Assembly (NCBI GenBank): GCA_026936335.1
Contig: JAPMXV010000068.1
Coordinates: forward strand, 1-64,000
Length of the DNA stretch: 64,000 bases
Direction: 5' to 3'
Origin: Mantamonas sphyraenae STR306
Lineage: Eukaryota > Protista > CRuMs
Part shown: piece after piece, positions 20,840-32,800 of the stretch
Position numbering within the stretch: position 1 is the first letter of the stretch
Layout of the letters: each line of letters starts with the position of its first letter
Position numbers and translations under genes: made by a program
Notes under the pieces: model-generated
What the model saw: only the letters and a program-made list of their open reading frames with translations
Told to the model about the DNA's origin: nothing
Databases searched by the model: none

Positions 20840-23800
20840 ATGCTTCCCACACGACACTTGTTCGTCTTGGCAACTATCATTGCCGCATGCATTGTGCCCG
20901 TCTGTTCGCAGACGCCGGTCATTTCTGGCACCTCGCCACCCAACGTGGCCATCACAGGAACCTCGTTCCTCGTCCGTTTCACAACACCTCTCACGATGCA
21001 AACCGTCCCCACCCTCGGCGACCGCATCATCCAGATCGAGTACAGGGATTCAGCCCAGGACTCCGACCAGCATTCCGCCTACTGCGCCACAAAGGTACGT
21101 TTCGTCCGCCCTGCCCGCTTTCACCTTGGCCCTCTCTGAAAGGCTTGCTCACACCACGCGCACGCACACCGCCACAGGGAGGAACCCTCCTCTCTGTTCA
21201 CAGTGCCCAACTCATGCAAGACATCGTCAACGCACGAAACACAATTTGCAGCGCAAGCACTGTATTTTGGCTCGGCCTCAACGACAAGGCCAACGAAGGT
21301 ACGTCGCCGAAATCTCTCCCTTCACAACTCCACGAAACCTTCCGCTAACCTCCGGGCCCTCTCGTTTCCCGCTCCCTCTCCACATCCCTCCCATCCTTCC
21401 CTTCCACACACACCCGCCCCACCCCTAACCCCGCACGCAACCATCCTCCCCTCGACGCATCCTCCTAGGCACCTTTGTCTTTGACGACGGCAGCCCCGTC
21501 ACCTACACCGCCTGGAACAACAACGAGCCCAACGACTGGAACAACGGCAACCCGGGTGAAGATTGCACAGAAGTGCGCAGGTACGCCACCATATCCATCC
21601 ATTCCCACCCCGCCCCAAGCCCATGGCCCTCTCCTTCCCCAGCCTTGGCCCCGCCAAAGTCCTCCCGCTCCTCACCTCCTCACCTCCTCGACCTTTCTTC
21701 TCCTCCGCCACGCCCCCTGCCCTTGCCCCTCCTCCCACAGTACGTCCAGCGCCGCAACTTCTTGGAACGACCAGCGATGCGACAGCACCCGCAGGTGCAC
21801 CGTCTGCCAGTTCCCTCCTGCCGTCAAGTGCCGAATCAACGGCGTTGTTTCCGCGGGCACCTTTGTTAACAACACCTTCGTCCAGTGCACCGCTCCTGCC
21901 GTCGACGACCTCGCTGTGGATTATACTCTCGCAGTCTCTGTCGACAACGGCATCAGCTACACTGCCGATGCCACCCTTAACCTGCGCGAGCCTCTTTGTT
22001 ACGACCTCGACACAGGCAAGTGCATCAACACCCGCCATTTTTTTTCGCCCCGCCAAACCCCGGCCCTAACTCGCCACCCCCCACACCCACCCACAGGTGC
22101 CGCTGTTGATTCCCAGTCCAACGCCACCTCCATTACCGTGACTGCTGGTGCTCCCCACCAACACACCATCCACACCTGTACCAAGAACGCACAATTCACA
22201 GCCGACCTTGTCACAAACATCGCCGCCGGCACGGGCCTCTCCTCCCTTCCGGCCTCCATGCCCAACCGTGCCCTTCCTGTCCGCGACCTCCTCGGCGGCG
22301 CCATCATCAACGCCCAAAACACAAACGAGCAGGTCTCCATCACCTCCCGCATCCCGGAAATTGCAGACGACTACTCCGTCTCCTTCTGGGCCAGCATCAA
22401 CGGCTTCACAAACACCCTCACCTGCATCCTCCGCCGTTCAAACGTAGAGAATGGCATCAATCCGCACTCTCCATCCCTCTTCTTTGGCGCTGGTGCCTAC
22501 TCCGCCACCCTCTACACAAGTGTCACCGGTGAGGATTTCCTGCAAGTCGTCTCGGGCTTCACCGGAAACACCTGGCACCATTGGGCTCTTGTCCGCAAGC
22601 GCTACACAGGCACCTGTCTCTACATCGACGGAACCGCCGCAGCCTGCACAACCTCCTTCAAAGACGACGAGGCAACCCTCAAAACAGGCGCTACCTACTA
22701 CCGCCTCGGCAAATGTGCAGACACTCTTGCCTCCACTCCTGCCCTCATGGAGGACGTCATCCACTTTGGCAACACCGGCCTTACCACTGCAGAGGTCCAG
22801 ACCATCTACAACTACGGCCGCCCCTCCCAGAAGCCCATCACCTTTTCCACGGCCCGCCTCGGCGAGTCCACCTCCCGCCTCACCATCACAGGAATCGCCT
22901 CAGGCACTTATGTCCTTGTCAGCGCAAAGGCGGGCGCCTCTTACAACACAACCGTCACCGTCAACCCGGCTGCCTTTGACGGCACCCAGACCTCCCACTC
23001 CCTCCCTGCCTCCGTTGTCGGTGGCACAAACCAGGTCGTCGACATCGTCTCTCGCGACGCCTACGGCAACCTCCGCTCAACCGCCGCAGACGATGCCTTC
23101 CGCCTTACCCTCACTGGCTCAAACGGGGCCTCCACCTCTTGGGACGCCGTCAACGTCGCCCCCGCAACCTACCGCATCACCTACCTTGCCTACGCAGACA
23201 CCTACACGGCACGATTCTACTACACGGCCGCAGGGTCCACCCTCTTCAACACCTCCTCCCTCACCGTCACCAGCGTCGCAAACACCTCCATTCCAAACTC
23301 CTTTGTCCTCGCCCAAGGCAGCCCTTACACAGCCGACGCAACCCCTGCCCCGAAGCTCGCCTTCAAGCCCGTCGACCCGCTCCTCAACAACCGCACCTAC
23401 GCCTCCTTCGACTGCAACCTCGCCACTCCCGCCGGCAGCGCCGTCGTCGTACGCGACCCTACCATGCCAACCACAAACCTGGTCCTCGGCTTCTGGATCA
23501 AGACCACCACCGCCTCGGGTGCCCTTCTCCATTACTCCTCGGGCGACTACGCAAACGACATCCGCCTTAACAACCCGTCCTCCCTCGTCGTCGTACGTGC
23601 AAACGCAGACCACTCTTCCGGTGCCTCCTTCAACGACGGCGCCTGGCACCACCTCCTCCTTTCCTGGACCCATGCCACGGGTGCGGGCCAGCTCATGCGC
23701 GACGGTGTACAGGTCTCCACCTTTACCCTCGCCCAGGGCAACAACATCGGCGCCACAAACGCCGTCCTCGTCATCGGCGGAGGTCTCACCGCAAACCGCG

Positions 23801-26800
23801 CTCTCGACACAGCTCCCGTCGACGCACACTTTGCCTACGTCACCTTTTCCACATCCATCCCTTCGGGCCACCTCGACAACTTTATGCGCGCCATCCCGGC
23901 CACCACCAACGAGCTCGTCCAGGGCTACACCTTTGCCGAGTGTGCTTCTGCTGGCCTCACTTTTAGCAGTCCTTTCAAGGTCCAGCCCACAGACCCGCCT
24001 GCCGACCCTTGGTCGGGTCTCATCCGCTTTTGGAATTTCAACTCCGACAGCTCCGCAGGCACCGCCGTCTCCTCCTCTCTTTGCCCCGACCGTGCCATCA
24101 CCGGCACCAGCGCAACCGCCACCATGGTAAACACTGACCAGTGGGTCGCCGGTGTCGATGGCACACAGGGTGCACAGGTCACCAGCGACACCGTCTACAT
24201 CAATCTAGCCGAGGGTGTCGGCCAGTTTCTCGGCGGTGACATCGGTATCATGGCCTGGATGAAGACAACCATGAGCACAACCGGAGGCTCCAACTGGCAA
24301 TGGCCGGGTATCTTTGCCCGTGACCAGAGCGGCGGCAGCAACGACGTCTTCCTCGCACAAGTCTCCAACGACGGCAAGAGCGCCTTTTCTCGCGGCAACA
24401 GCAACGTCAAGAGTGCCACAACCATCAACACAGGCGCCTGGATTCATGTTGCACAAAGCTACACCGTCTCCAACGGCAACGTCGTCATCTGGATCAACTT
24501 TGCACAAGATGCCACCGGCTCCGTTGGCGTACGTTCCTCTCTGCCCCCAGCCCCTTTCCAAACCCCACCCCCACCCCACCCCTCCCTCACACTCACCCAC
24601 CAACCCACTCACACATCCTCCCCCCCCCCCCCCCCCCCAGTCCGGATCATTCACCGTCGGCCCTGCCCTCGACAGAATCGGCTACAAAACAGGCGGCTCC
24701 AGCTCCCTCAACGCTGCCCTCGACGACATCATGCTCTTCAACACACCCATCTCCACCACCCAGCTCAACGCATACAACCAGTTCCGCACCACCCTCTGCC
24801 GCGCAAAGGGTGCGGAACTCCTCCTCAGCGCCTCCATCGTCAATTCCGCTCCGCCCCCGGGTCTCGTCGCCACGGATCTCGTCGACTATACCATCGCCCA
24901 TACTACCCTCCCTGTGCCCTCCCAGTCCGGTTCCTTCACACGCAACGGCAACCCAGACGTCACCGGACTTCTCAACGCAAACAACATCACCCTCACCGTG
25001 GCTGGCACCTACTCCGTCACTGCCAGCGCACGATACCCGTCCGACAACATCCCGGGTACCGTCCAGTCCGTCACTGTCACCCCGGCCGCCTTTGCCCCGA
25101 CAAAGAGTCTCTGGACCGGAGGCGACGGCAACGCGGGCGTCCAGGCAACCATCACCCTCCGCCTCTTTGATGCCTTTGACAACAACGTCACAGACGTCAC
25201 AGGCTTCGTGGTCACCCTCACCCACAAGACAACCCCTGCCCAAACAGCGCAGGCCACCCTTGTCCCACAGGCTGACCACATCCTTGTCCGCTACACCTTC
25301 ACCCTCGCCGGTGACTACGAGGTCACTGCCACTGGCCATGCCGGTGTCCAGCGCACCGTCACCATCCAGGCAAACACAACCCCAGACGTCGCAAAGTCCA
25401 CCCTCACCTCCCTCCCCGGCGCGCCCGTCCCGGCAAACACGCAGGTCGCCTTTACCATCCAGGAGCGCGACACCTACAACAATCCGCGCACCACCACAAC
25501 ACTCACCTGGACTGCCGCTTGGACTCACCCGACCCTGCCAAACGTCGTGGCCGCCGTCAATCCCACCACAAACGGCCAGTACACTGTCACCGCAACCACA
25601 ACCGTCGCCGCAACCTACACCCTCTCCCTCGTTGCCAGCGCCACCTCTCCCACAGCTGCCGCAGGTGTCTCTCTCACCGTCCTTCCCCTCGCCGCCCAAG
25701 CCGCCCAAAGCGTTGCCCACCCGTGGCAGGTCTCTTCCCCGCGCATCGTCGACACCTCTGTCGTCATGTTCCTCCAACTCAAGGACCAGTACAGCAACAA
25801 CCGCACAGACTACTCTGACGCTGCACAGGTCTCCGGTACTGCCACCGCACACCCAGGCCTCAACGTCGCCGCATCCGTCGCAAACGCTCCCGGATACCCA
25901 GGCGCCTATCTCCTCACCTACAAGCCCACCATCGTCGGCCAATACTCCCTCAACACCTTGTTCTCCTCCTCCCCGACCCAGGGCTCTGCCGAACAGGTCT
26001 CCTATCTCCCTGAGCCTATCCAGCCCAGCAACTGCCAGATCCTCGGCACCCAGATTGCAGGTGAAACCGCTGGCGTCCAGTCCCAGCTCGTTCTCCAGCT
26101 TCGCGACCGCTTTGGCAACAACCGAACCTCAGTCGGCGAGCTCCCGGTCTCCGTCACTCTTGTAGGAGGTGCCACAAACGTACCCGTCGCCCTCAACCCA
26201 GTCGCCGCACAGGGTCGCTATCTCGTCACCTACACCGCCAACATCGCAAAGACCTACACCCTCACCGCGACCGTCGACGGCACAAATGTCATCGGCTCCA
26301 CCGCCACCACCGTCATTGTGCCCGCCGCACCCAGCACCCGCTCAAACCTCTTTGGCGCCTACGACCAGTACGGCATCGCAGGCCTCACCACTCCCTACAC
26401 CATCCAGACGCGTGACGCCTTTGACAACGCCGTCACCACAGGCGCCGGTGCACTCACCTACGACGTCTCGGTGCGCACACCCGCCGGCGATCTCCACTCC
26501 TCCTCCGTCGTCTCTACTCCCACACACATCGGCAACGGACGCTACTCCTTCACCGTAAACGTCACTCAGGCACGCGTCGCCCTCAAGGTCTGGATGCGCT
26601 TCGGGGGCGCACACATTCAGGCCTCCCCGTTTGACTTTTACGCACACGCAGACCTCCCCTCCTACGACCACTCTGCCATCTACGGCTCCGTTTTCGACGC
26701 ACAGGCTGGTCAGACCTCCTCCATTGTCCTCCAGCCGCGTGACAAGTTCAACAACACCATCAACACCTGCGCCGGCAACTTTGGGCCCGACAGCAACTAC

Positions 26801-29800
26801 GTCACAGATGGTGGCTACTGGCCCGAAAACGACTGGACCTGGATGGGTTGGTGGTACATCCCCTCAAACTATCCCAGCTCCCTCAACGACATGGTCTTTG
26901 TCAGTGTTAGCAAAGGCGCAGGCAACCAGATCATCAACGTACGCAACCCGACAAACCTCAGGCAGCGCCAGCAGTTTGGATCAGGCGCCAAAGACACCAC
27001 TACAGGCATCAACCCGCCCAAGGACCAGTGGTTCCACATGAGCCAGGTCCGCGTGGCCTCCACGGGTCTGTCCACCTTGCGTGTCGACGATCAGTCAGGC
27101 ACCCTGAACGGAATCACTGGCGCTTGGCCAAACAGCGCTTCCGTAGGCATCACTTGGGGTCAGGAGCAGGACGCCTACCTCGGCAGCTACTCTTCCAACC
27201 AGCGCGCGTTTTGGTATCTCGACCAGTTTGTTGGTTTTGACGTCGCTCTCTCCGCCGCTCAGGTCCAGGAACTCCGCTACCAGCGTATCTACACAGACGT
27301 ATCCAACATTTTCATTCTCCTCACCCTCGACGAGTGTGTCGGCAACATGATCATGGACTACTCTGGCCGCGGCAACCATGCCCGCAGGGACCCGGGCAAG
27401 AACGACATTGCCTGGATGCCCGCCACCTCTGCCCCCATGACCGCCCCCGTGCGGCCCATCTCTCAGCCAGGCGTTGCTGACGTGACCCCCACCCTGTTGG
27501 CACACACCCCCCGCACCTACGCCTCCCCCAGCGTCAATGTCACCCAGGCCGGCGTATTCTCTCTCGCCCTCAACTCTGTCACCACAAATTCCCCGTGGGC
27601 TTCCACTCCCCGCAACGTCCTCGTACGTTCTGCGCCCCCCTACACCCGAAACACCCTTGCCTATGGCCCAGCCCTCTCTGCACCCTGCACCGCAGGCGAG
27701 CCTTGCTCCTTCACGCTTAAAATGCGCGACGCCTTTGGAAACAACCGCAGCGACACCTCCCTCGGCCTTTCGTTCTCCGTCCGCTTCGCAGCCTCCCCGG
27801 CTCTCGTCCAGGCAAACCCGGCCAATGATGGAACCTACTCCGCCTCTCTCGCCTACAACATTTCCAGCGCACCGGTCTCCCTCGCTGTCGATGTCGCCGG
27901 CGTCCACATTGCGGGCTCTCCATTCACTGTCACGGTCCTCGCTGCGCCCATTTCCGTGCCCAACTGTGTCGCCTCCGCCTTTACCGATTCGGTCAACGGC
28001 GCCTCCGTCGACATTGCCATCCGCGACCGCTTCGACAACGTGCAGAGCACCCAGTCCACAGCATTCACCGTCACTGCAACTGGCCCAGGCGGCGTCGTCG
28101 CATCCGCCACGTCCCAGAGCGTCTCTGCAGCACTGCATCGAGCGACCTACAACGCAACCGTCGCCGGCGCCTATTCTGTTCGTGTCCACATTGGCGCACA
28201 GGACACCGTAAACAGCCCCACAGCGGTGACTCTTCGCGCCATCGCCACCCACCCTCCCCAGTGTCGTCTCTTTGACTACTCCTCTGCCCCTCAGTCCCAG
28301 ATCGTCGACCAAAACTATTTCGTACGCCTTCAGGCACGCGACTCCTTTGGCAACAACCGCACCTTGACGACAGACTCCTTTACCGCAACCGCAGTCACCA
28401 CGACCCTCGCCGGCACCTCCCATTCCGTACCGGCCCCGGTCCAGGCCTCCACCCCCAGCACCCTCGGCCAGTACCTTGTCCGAGTCAAGACGACCATTGC
28501 TGGCTCCTACACACTCACCGTGTCTGCCAACGGCCTCGACGTACCCCCTCGCACTTTCTCCATGCTGCCTACCACTCCCGCCGCCGCAAACAGCGTTGTC
28601 TACGGCCCTGGCATCGCAAACGCCATCGCCGGTTCCTCCAACCACGTCTTTGTCCAACTCCGCGATCAGTTCAACAACAACCAGACCACAGGCGGCCAAA
28701 CCATCGCCTACTTCCTCGGCTCAGCTTTCAACGCCACCGTCGCCGCCGCAGACTCCCCTTCCGCCGGCATCTACAGGCTGCCGTACCTCCTCACCCTTGC
28801 CCAAACCTACACGCTCAGTGCAACTCTCCAGGGCGACCTTATCTCCTCCGCCACCTACTCCGTCACCGTTGCCCCGGCGCCGATCGCTGCAAACGGCACC
28901 ACCGTCTCCTCCACCGTCCTCGCCTCCTCCCTCGTCGGCACCTTCTCCACCATCCAGTTTACCGTCGTCGCGCGTGACGCCTTTGGCAACCTGCGACCGG
29001 CCGCCACGGACACCATCGCCCTGTCCACGTCCACCCCGGGCCTCGTCACCATCGAGTCGCCTACGCTCGTCTACTCCGTTGGCCAGACTGCCTATGTCGG
29101 TTCCTTCACCACAAAAGGCACCGTGGGAGCCGCAGACATCCAGCTTCGCGTCCCATCCGACGGATCGCGACACGTCCAGGGCAGCCCCTTTTCTCTGGCC
29201 ATCTTGCCCACCGCAAACGTCACCTCATTCAACCCTGAGTTTGGCCCCGTCACCGGGGGCACGCGAGTCACCGTCCAAGGCAACAACTTTGTCGACTATG
29301 CCGCCCTGCTGCGGGTCACCCTCGGCACTGTCCCTTGCGCCTCCACCCAGTTTGTGTCCACCTCCACCCTTGTGTGCACCACCGCCGCCGCACTCAATCT
29401 CAACAACGTCACCCTGACCGTCACAAACAATGGCGGTGTCAACACCAGCGCCCCCAGCGCGAGCGAGTTCCAGTTCCTGCCCAAGGAGACCGTCACCTCG
29501 TTCTCCCCAAACAACGCTCCCATCTACGGACGCGTCCAGGTCACCGTCATCGGCACAAACTTTGCCGCGAGGCCGCAGCTCGCCTGCAAGTTTGGCACCA
29601 CCATCAACACCGTCGCCCCCATCTTTCTCACCTCCACCTCCATCATCTGCGATGCCCCCGCCGTCGACGTCGGCAAGGTCTCGCTTGCTGTCGCAAACAA
29701 CGGCGAAACCTTTGCCGCAGACCCCGTCAACCTTTTCACCTACATCGAGCCCTTCTCTCCGCTCTGTAGGACTCCCAGTGAACTCAGCGTCGGTGTGCCA

Positions 29801-32800
29801 GAGCGTGAACGTCTCGGCATCAAGTACTACCCCAACCTCGCCGTCGGCGCCTCCACAAACGGTTCCGACACGGGACGCGCAAACGGCGTCACACCAGACT
29901 ATGTCGTCGACGGCGATCGCTGCTGCAAAAAGACCCCGGCTACAGAAGGCTTCAAGTGTGGCGTCGCCTTTCCCCAGATGCTCTACAACGACACCCAGCT
30001 CGTGCAGTTTCAGATCCACCTGCAAAAGCCGGCGTTCATCAACCAGTTTGTCACCTCATGGTACCAGCCCTGCCGCAATCAGCCCCCGTTCTACTACATC
30101 GATTACAAGAGCCTGCAGACCGGCAACTGGGTCCAGGTCCTCCAGCGCGTCACAAAGTCCGATGCCACCGCCCTCGGTTCCCAACAGAGTTGTTTCTTTG
30201 TCCCGTCCGATCAGAATGACGCTTCCCTCTGCCTCGACTTTCTCTCCACCGAGCTCCGCGCAAAGGACTTTCGCATCCGCTTCAACAACACCCAAATTTG
30301 GATGGGTGTCCTCGACGTCACCACCGATGGCGGCTGGATTTACGAATTCCAGGCCCATGGCGTTTACACCGACGTCGCCGAGACCATCCAGGTGCAGCAG
30401 AACGCCATCAATGGCTCCACCGTGTTTAGCTCCCACAACACTGCCCTCGGCTCTCTCACCATGGCCACCCTCAATCACCAGAACGAGCTCCTCCTCACAA
30501 ACGACTCGAGCAGCACGAATTTCACCATGACCCTCTACAAGGACGGCGTCGACGTAACCTCCACCTACCTTGTGGGCACACGCTCGCGCAACCTTGTCGA
30601 CGGCCGCGCAACCTTTGCCGACCTTGCCCTTGTGCGTCCAAAGATTGGTGTCTACACCTTTGTGCTCAACAGCGTCGCCGACCACCTCGTTCCCACCGTT
30701 TCCTTCAACTTTACCGTGTCCCAGGGTCCCGCCTCGTACTTGCGCGTCGTTTCGGCCACCTCCATGACCGCCCAGTCCCTGCGCAACGTCTCCCTCATCC
30801 CGTGGTCCCTTCAGGCCTATGATGTCGCCGACAACTTTGTCGCCTCCACAGATTCGTCCCGCACTGTGTACGCCCAGTTGGCCTCCTCAAACGCAACCAG
30901 CATCCTTACTGGCACCGTTGCCGCCACCATGGTCAACGGCGCAGTCACCTTTGGTTCGCTCGCCCTCACCAGGCCTCTCGTCGGCTCGCACATCATCCGC
31001 TTCCTCGCCGCCGGTCTTACAAACACCTCGGTCACGGTTTACATCACCAGCGGCCCGCCCGATGAACTCACCGTCGAGACGGCACAGGTGTCCTATGCCT
31101 CTGCCACCCTGGTGCCGCTGCAGGATTTCGTGCTTACTGTGCGCGACGCCGGCCGCCTGCAGACCCCGCTTGCAGACGCCGCCTTCCAGACTGTGCTCAC
31201 CTTTGCAAACCAGAGCACACACACGCTCACGGGCTCCTATGTGGCCACAGCCACCGCCGGTCGCGTCGTCTTCTCTGGTCTCAGGCTGCACAGTCCTCCC
31301 GTGGGCCAGCTGCTGTTCACATTTGGCTCCAGCGACGTGCTCGTCAACGTGTCCCAGACCATCACTGTGGTCACCGGCGCCCCGCTGACGCTGCTGCTCG
31401 CAAACAACCCGCGCACCAGCTATCGAAGCGCCGTCACCACGCACCTCGACACGTTTGTCGTCCTTGCGTACGACGCTGGCAATACATTTGTCGGGGCCAC
31501 GGACGCTGCCTCACGCCAGGTGACTCTCACCATGGTCAACGCCACGGACAACTCGGTGTTTGTCAACCACAACACCGCCTTTCAGATGACATCGGGCAAC
31601 GCAACCATCGCCACCTTGCAGTTTGCTAGCCCCAAGGTCGGCACCTACGTCCTCAAGATTGACAGTGCTGGCCTCACGGGGTTCCAGCGCCAGATCACAA
31701 TCACCATTGGCGAAGCTCACCGTTTGGTGCGCACCACTGCCGCTTTGCTCCAGGCAAACACCACGGCCACCACGCAGCTGCCCGCCGTGTCCCTCATTGT
31801 GCACGATGCAGGAGGCTCTTTTGTCGGCGATCTTGACACGCTCAACCGCACCATCACTGTTTCCTGCAACGTCTCCTCTGTCCTGGCTTCCTCTGGCGCA
31901 ACTGCTTACATGGTCAACGGCACCGTGACCCTAGATGCCATTGCTCTCCTCAGCCCGCCGCAGGCTGGCTACAAGCTCACCTTTGCCTCTGCAGGCCTCC
32001 TTTCCACGTTTGTCGACGTCGCCGTTCGTTCGGGACCTCCCGTCTACCTCCAGGCATCTGTCGATGCGGCCACTTACCGTTCCGAGGCCTCTGTTTCTGT
32101 CAACACCGTCACGGTGCGCGCTCTCGACGCCGCCCAGGTCCAGGTCGATCCTCACTACACCGCAGGTCTCGTCGTCACCGCAACGTCTCTCAATGGCTCT
32201 GCCAGTCTGTTTGACGGCACAAAGGCCATTGCTTTCCCGCAATCTGCCAGTGCCCTGCAGTTTAGCAACCTGACCTTCCTTGCGCCGCCTGCACAGGTGT
32301 TCAAGATCGAATTCTCCACCGCCCAGCTCACAAGCACATACATTGACGTCGACATCCTTGTGGGCGACCCCTACAAGCTTCAGGTGTCGCCGTGGGGGCG
32401 CACGTCGTATCCAACCAACCTCGATGTCGCCCTGGACGACTTTTACGTCGTGGCCCTCGATATTGGCGGCACCCTCACCTCCACACTCGACGGTGCTGAC
32501 ATCGCCGTCGCCGGCACAGGTCTCACCCTTGCAGGCACGTTGACCTTTTCCATGGCTGCCAGTCGTGTCAACGCCACCGGGATGCGCGTGGTTCGCCCGG
32601 CCAACAACTCGTACACGCTGGTCTTCTCCACACCCAACATCGTGTCGGCCTCCATCGGTATCACCATCACCGAAGGTCCGGCTGTGGGTTTGCGCTTCAT
32701 TGGTGCAAACGCGGGCAGCTACCGTGCAGAGGCTTTGGTCCACCTGGCCACACAGGAACTGATTACCATCGACGCCGTCGGCAACCATGTGCCTCTGGCT

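Noticed and set aside
21421-22070. Internal CCCTAAC copies as interstitial telomere repeats
   Set aside because: Single copies lying just upstream of 3' splice sites; they are CTAAC branch points
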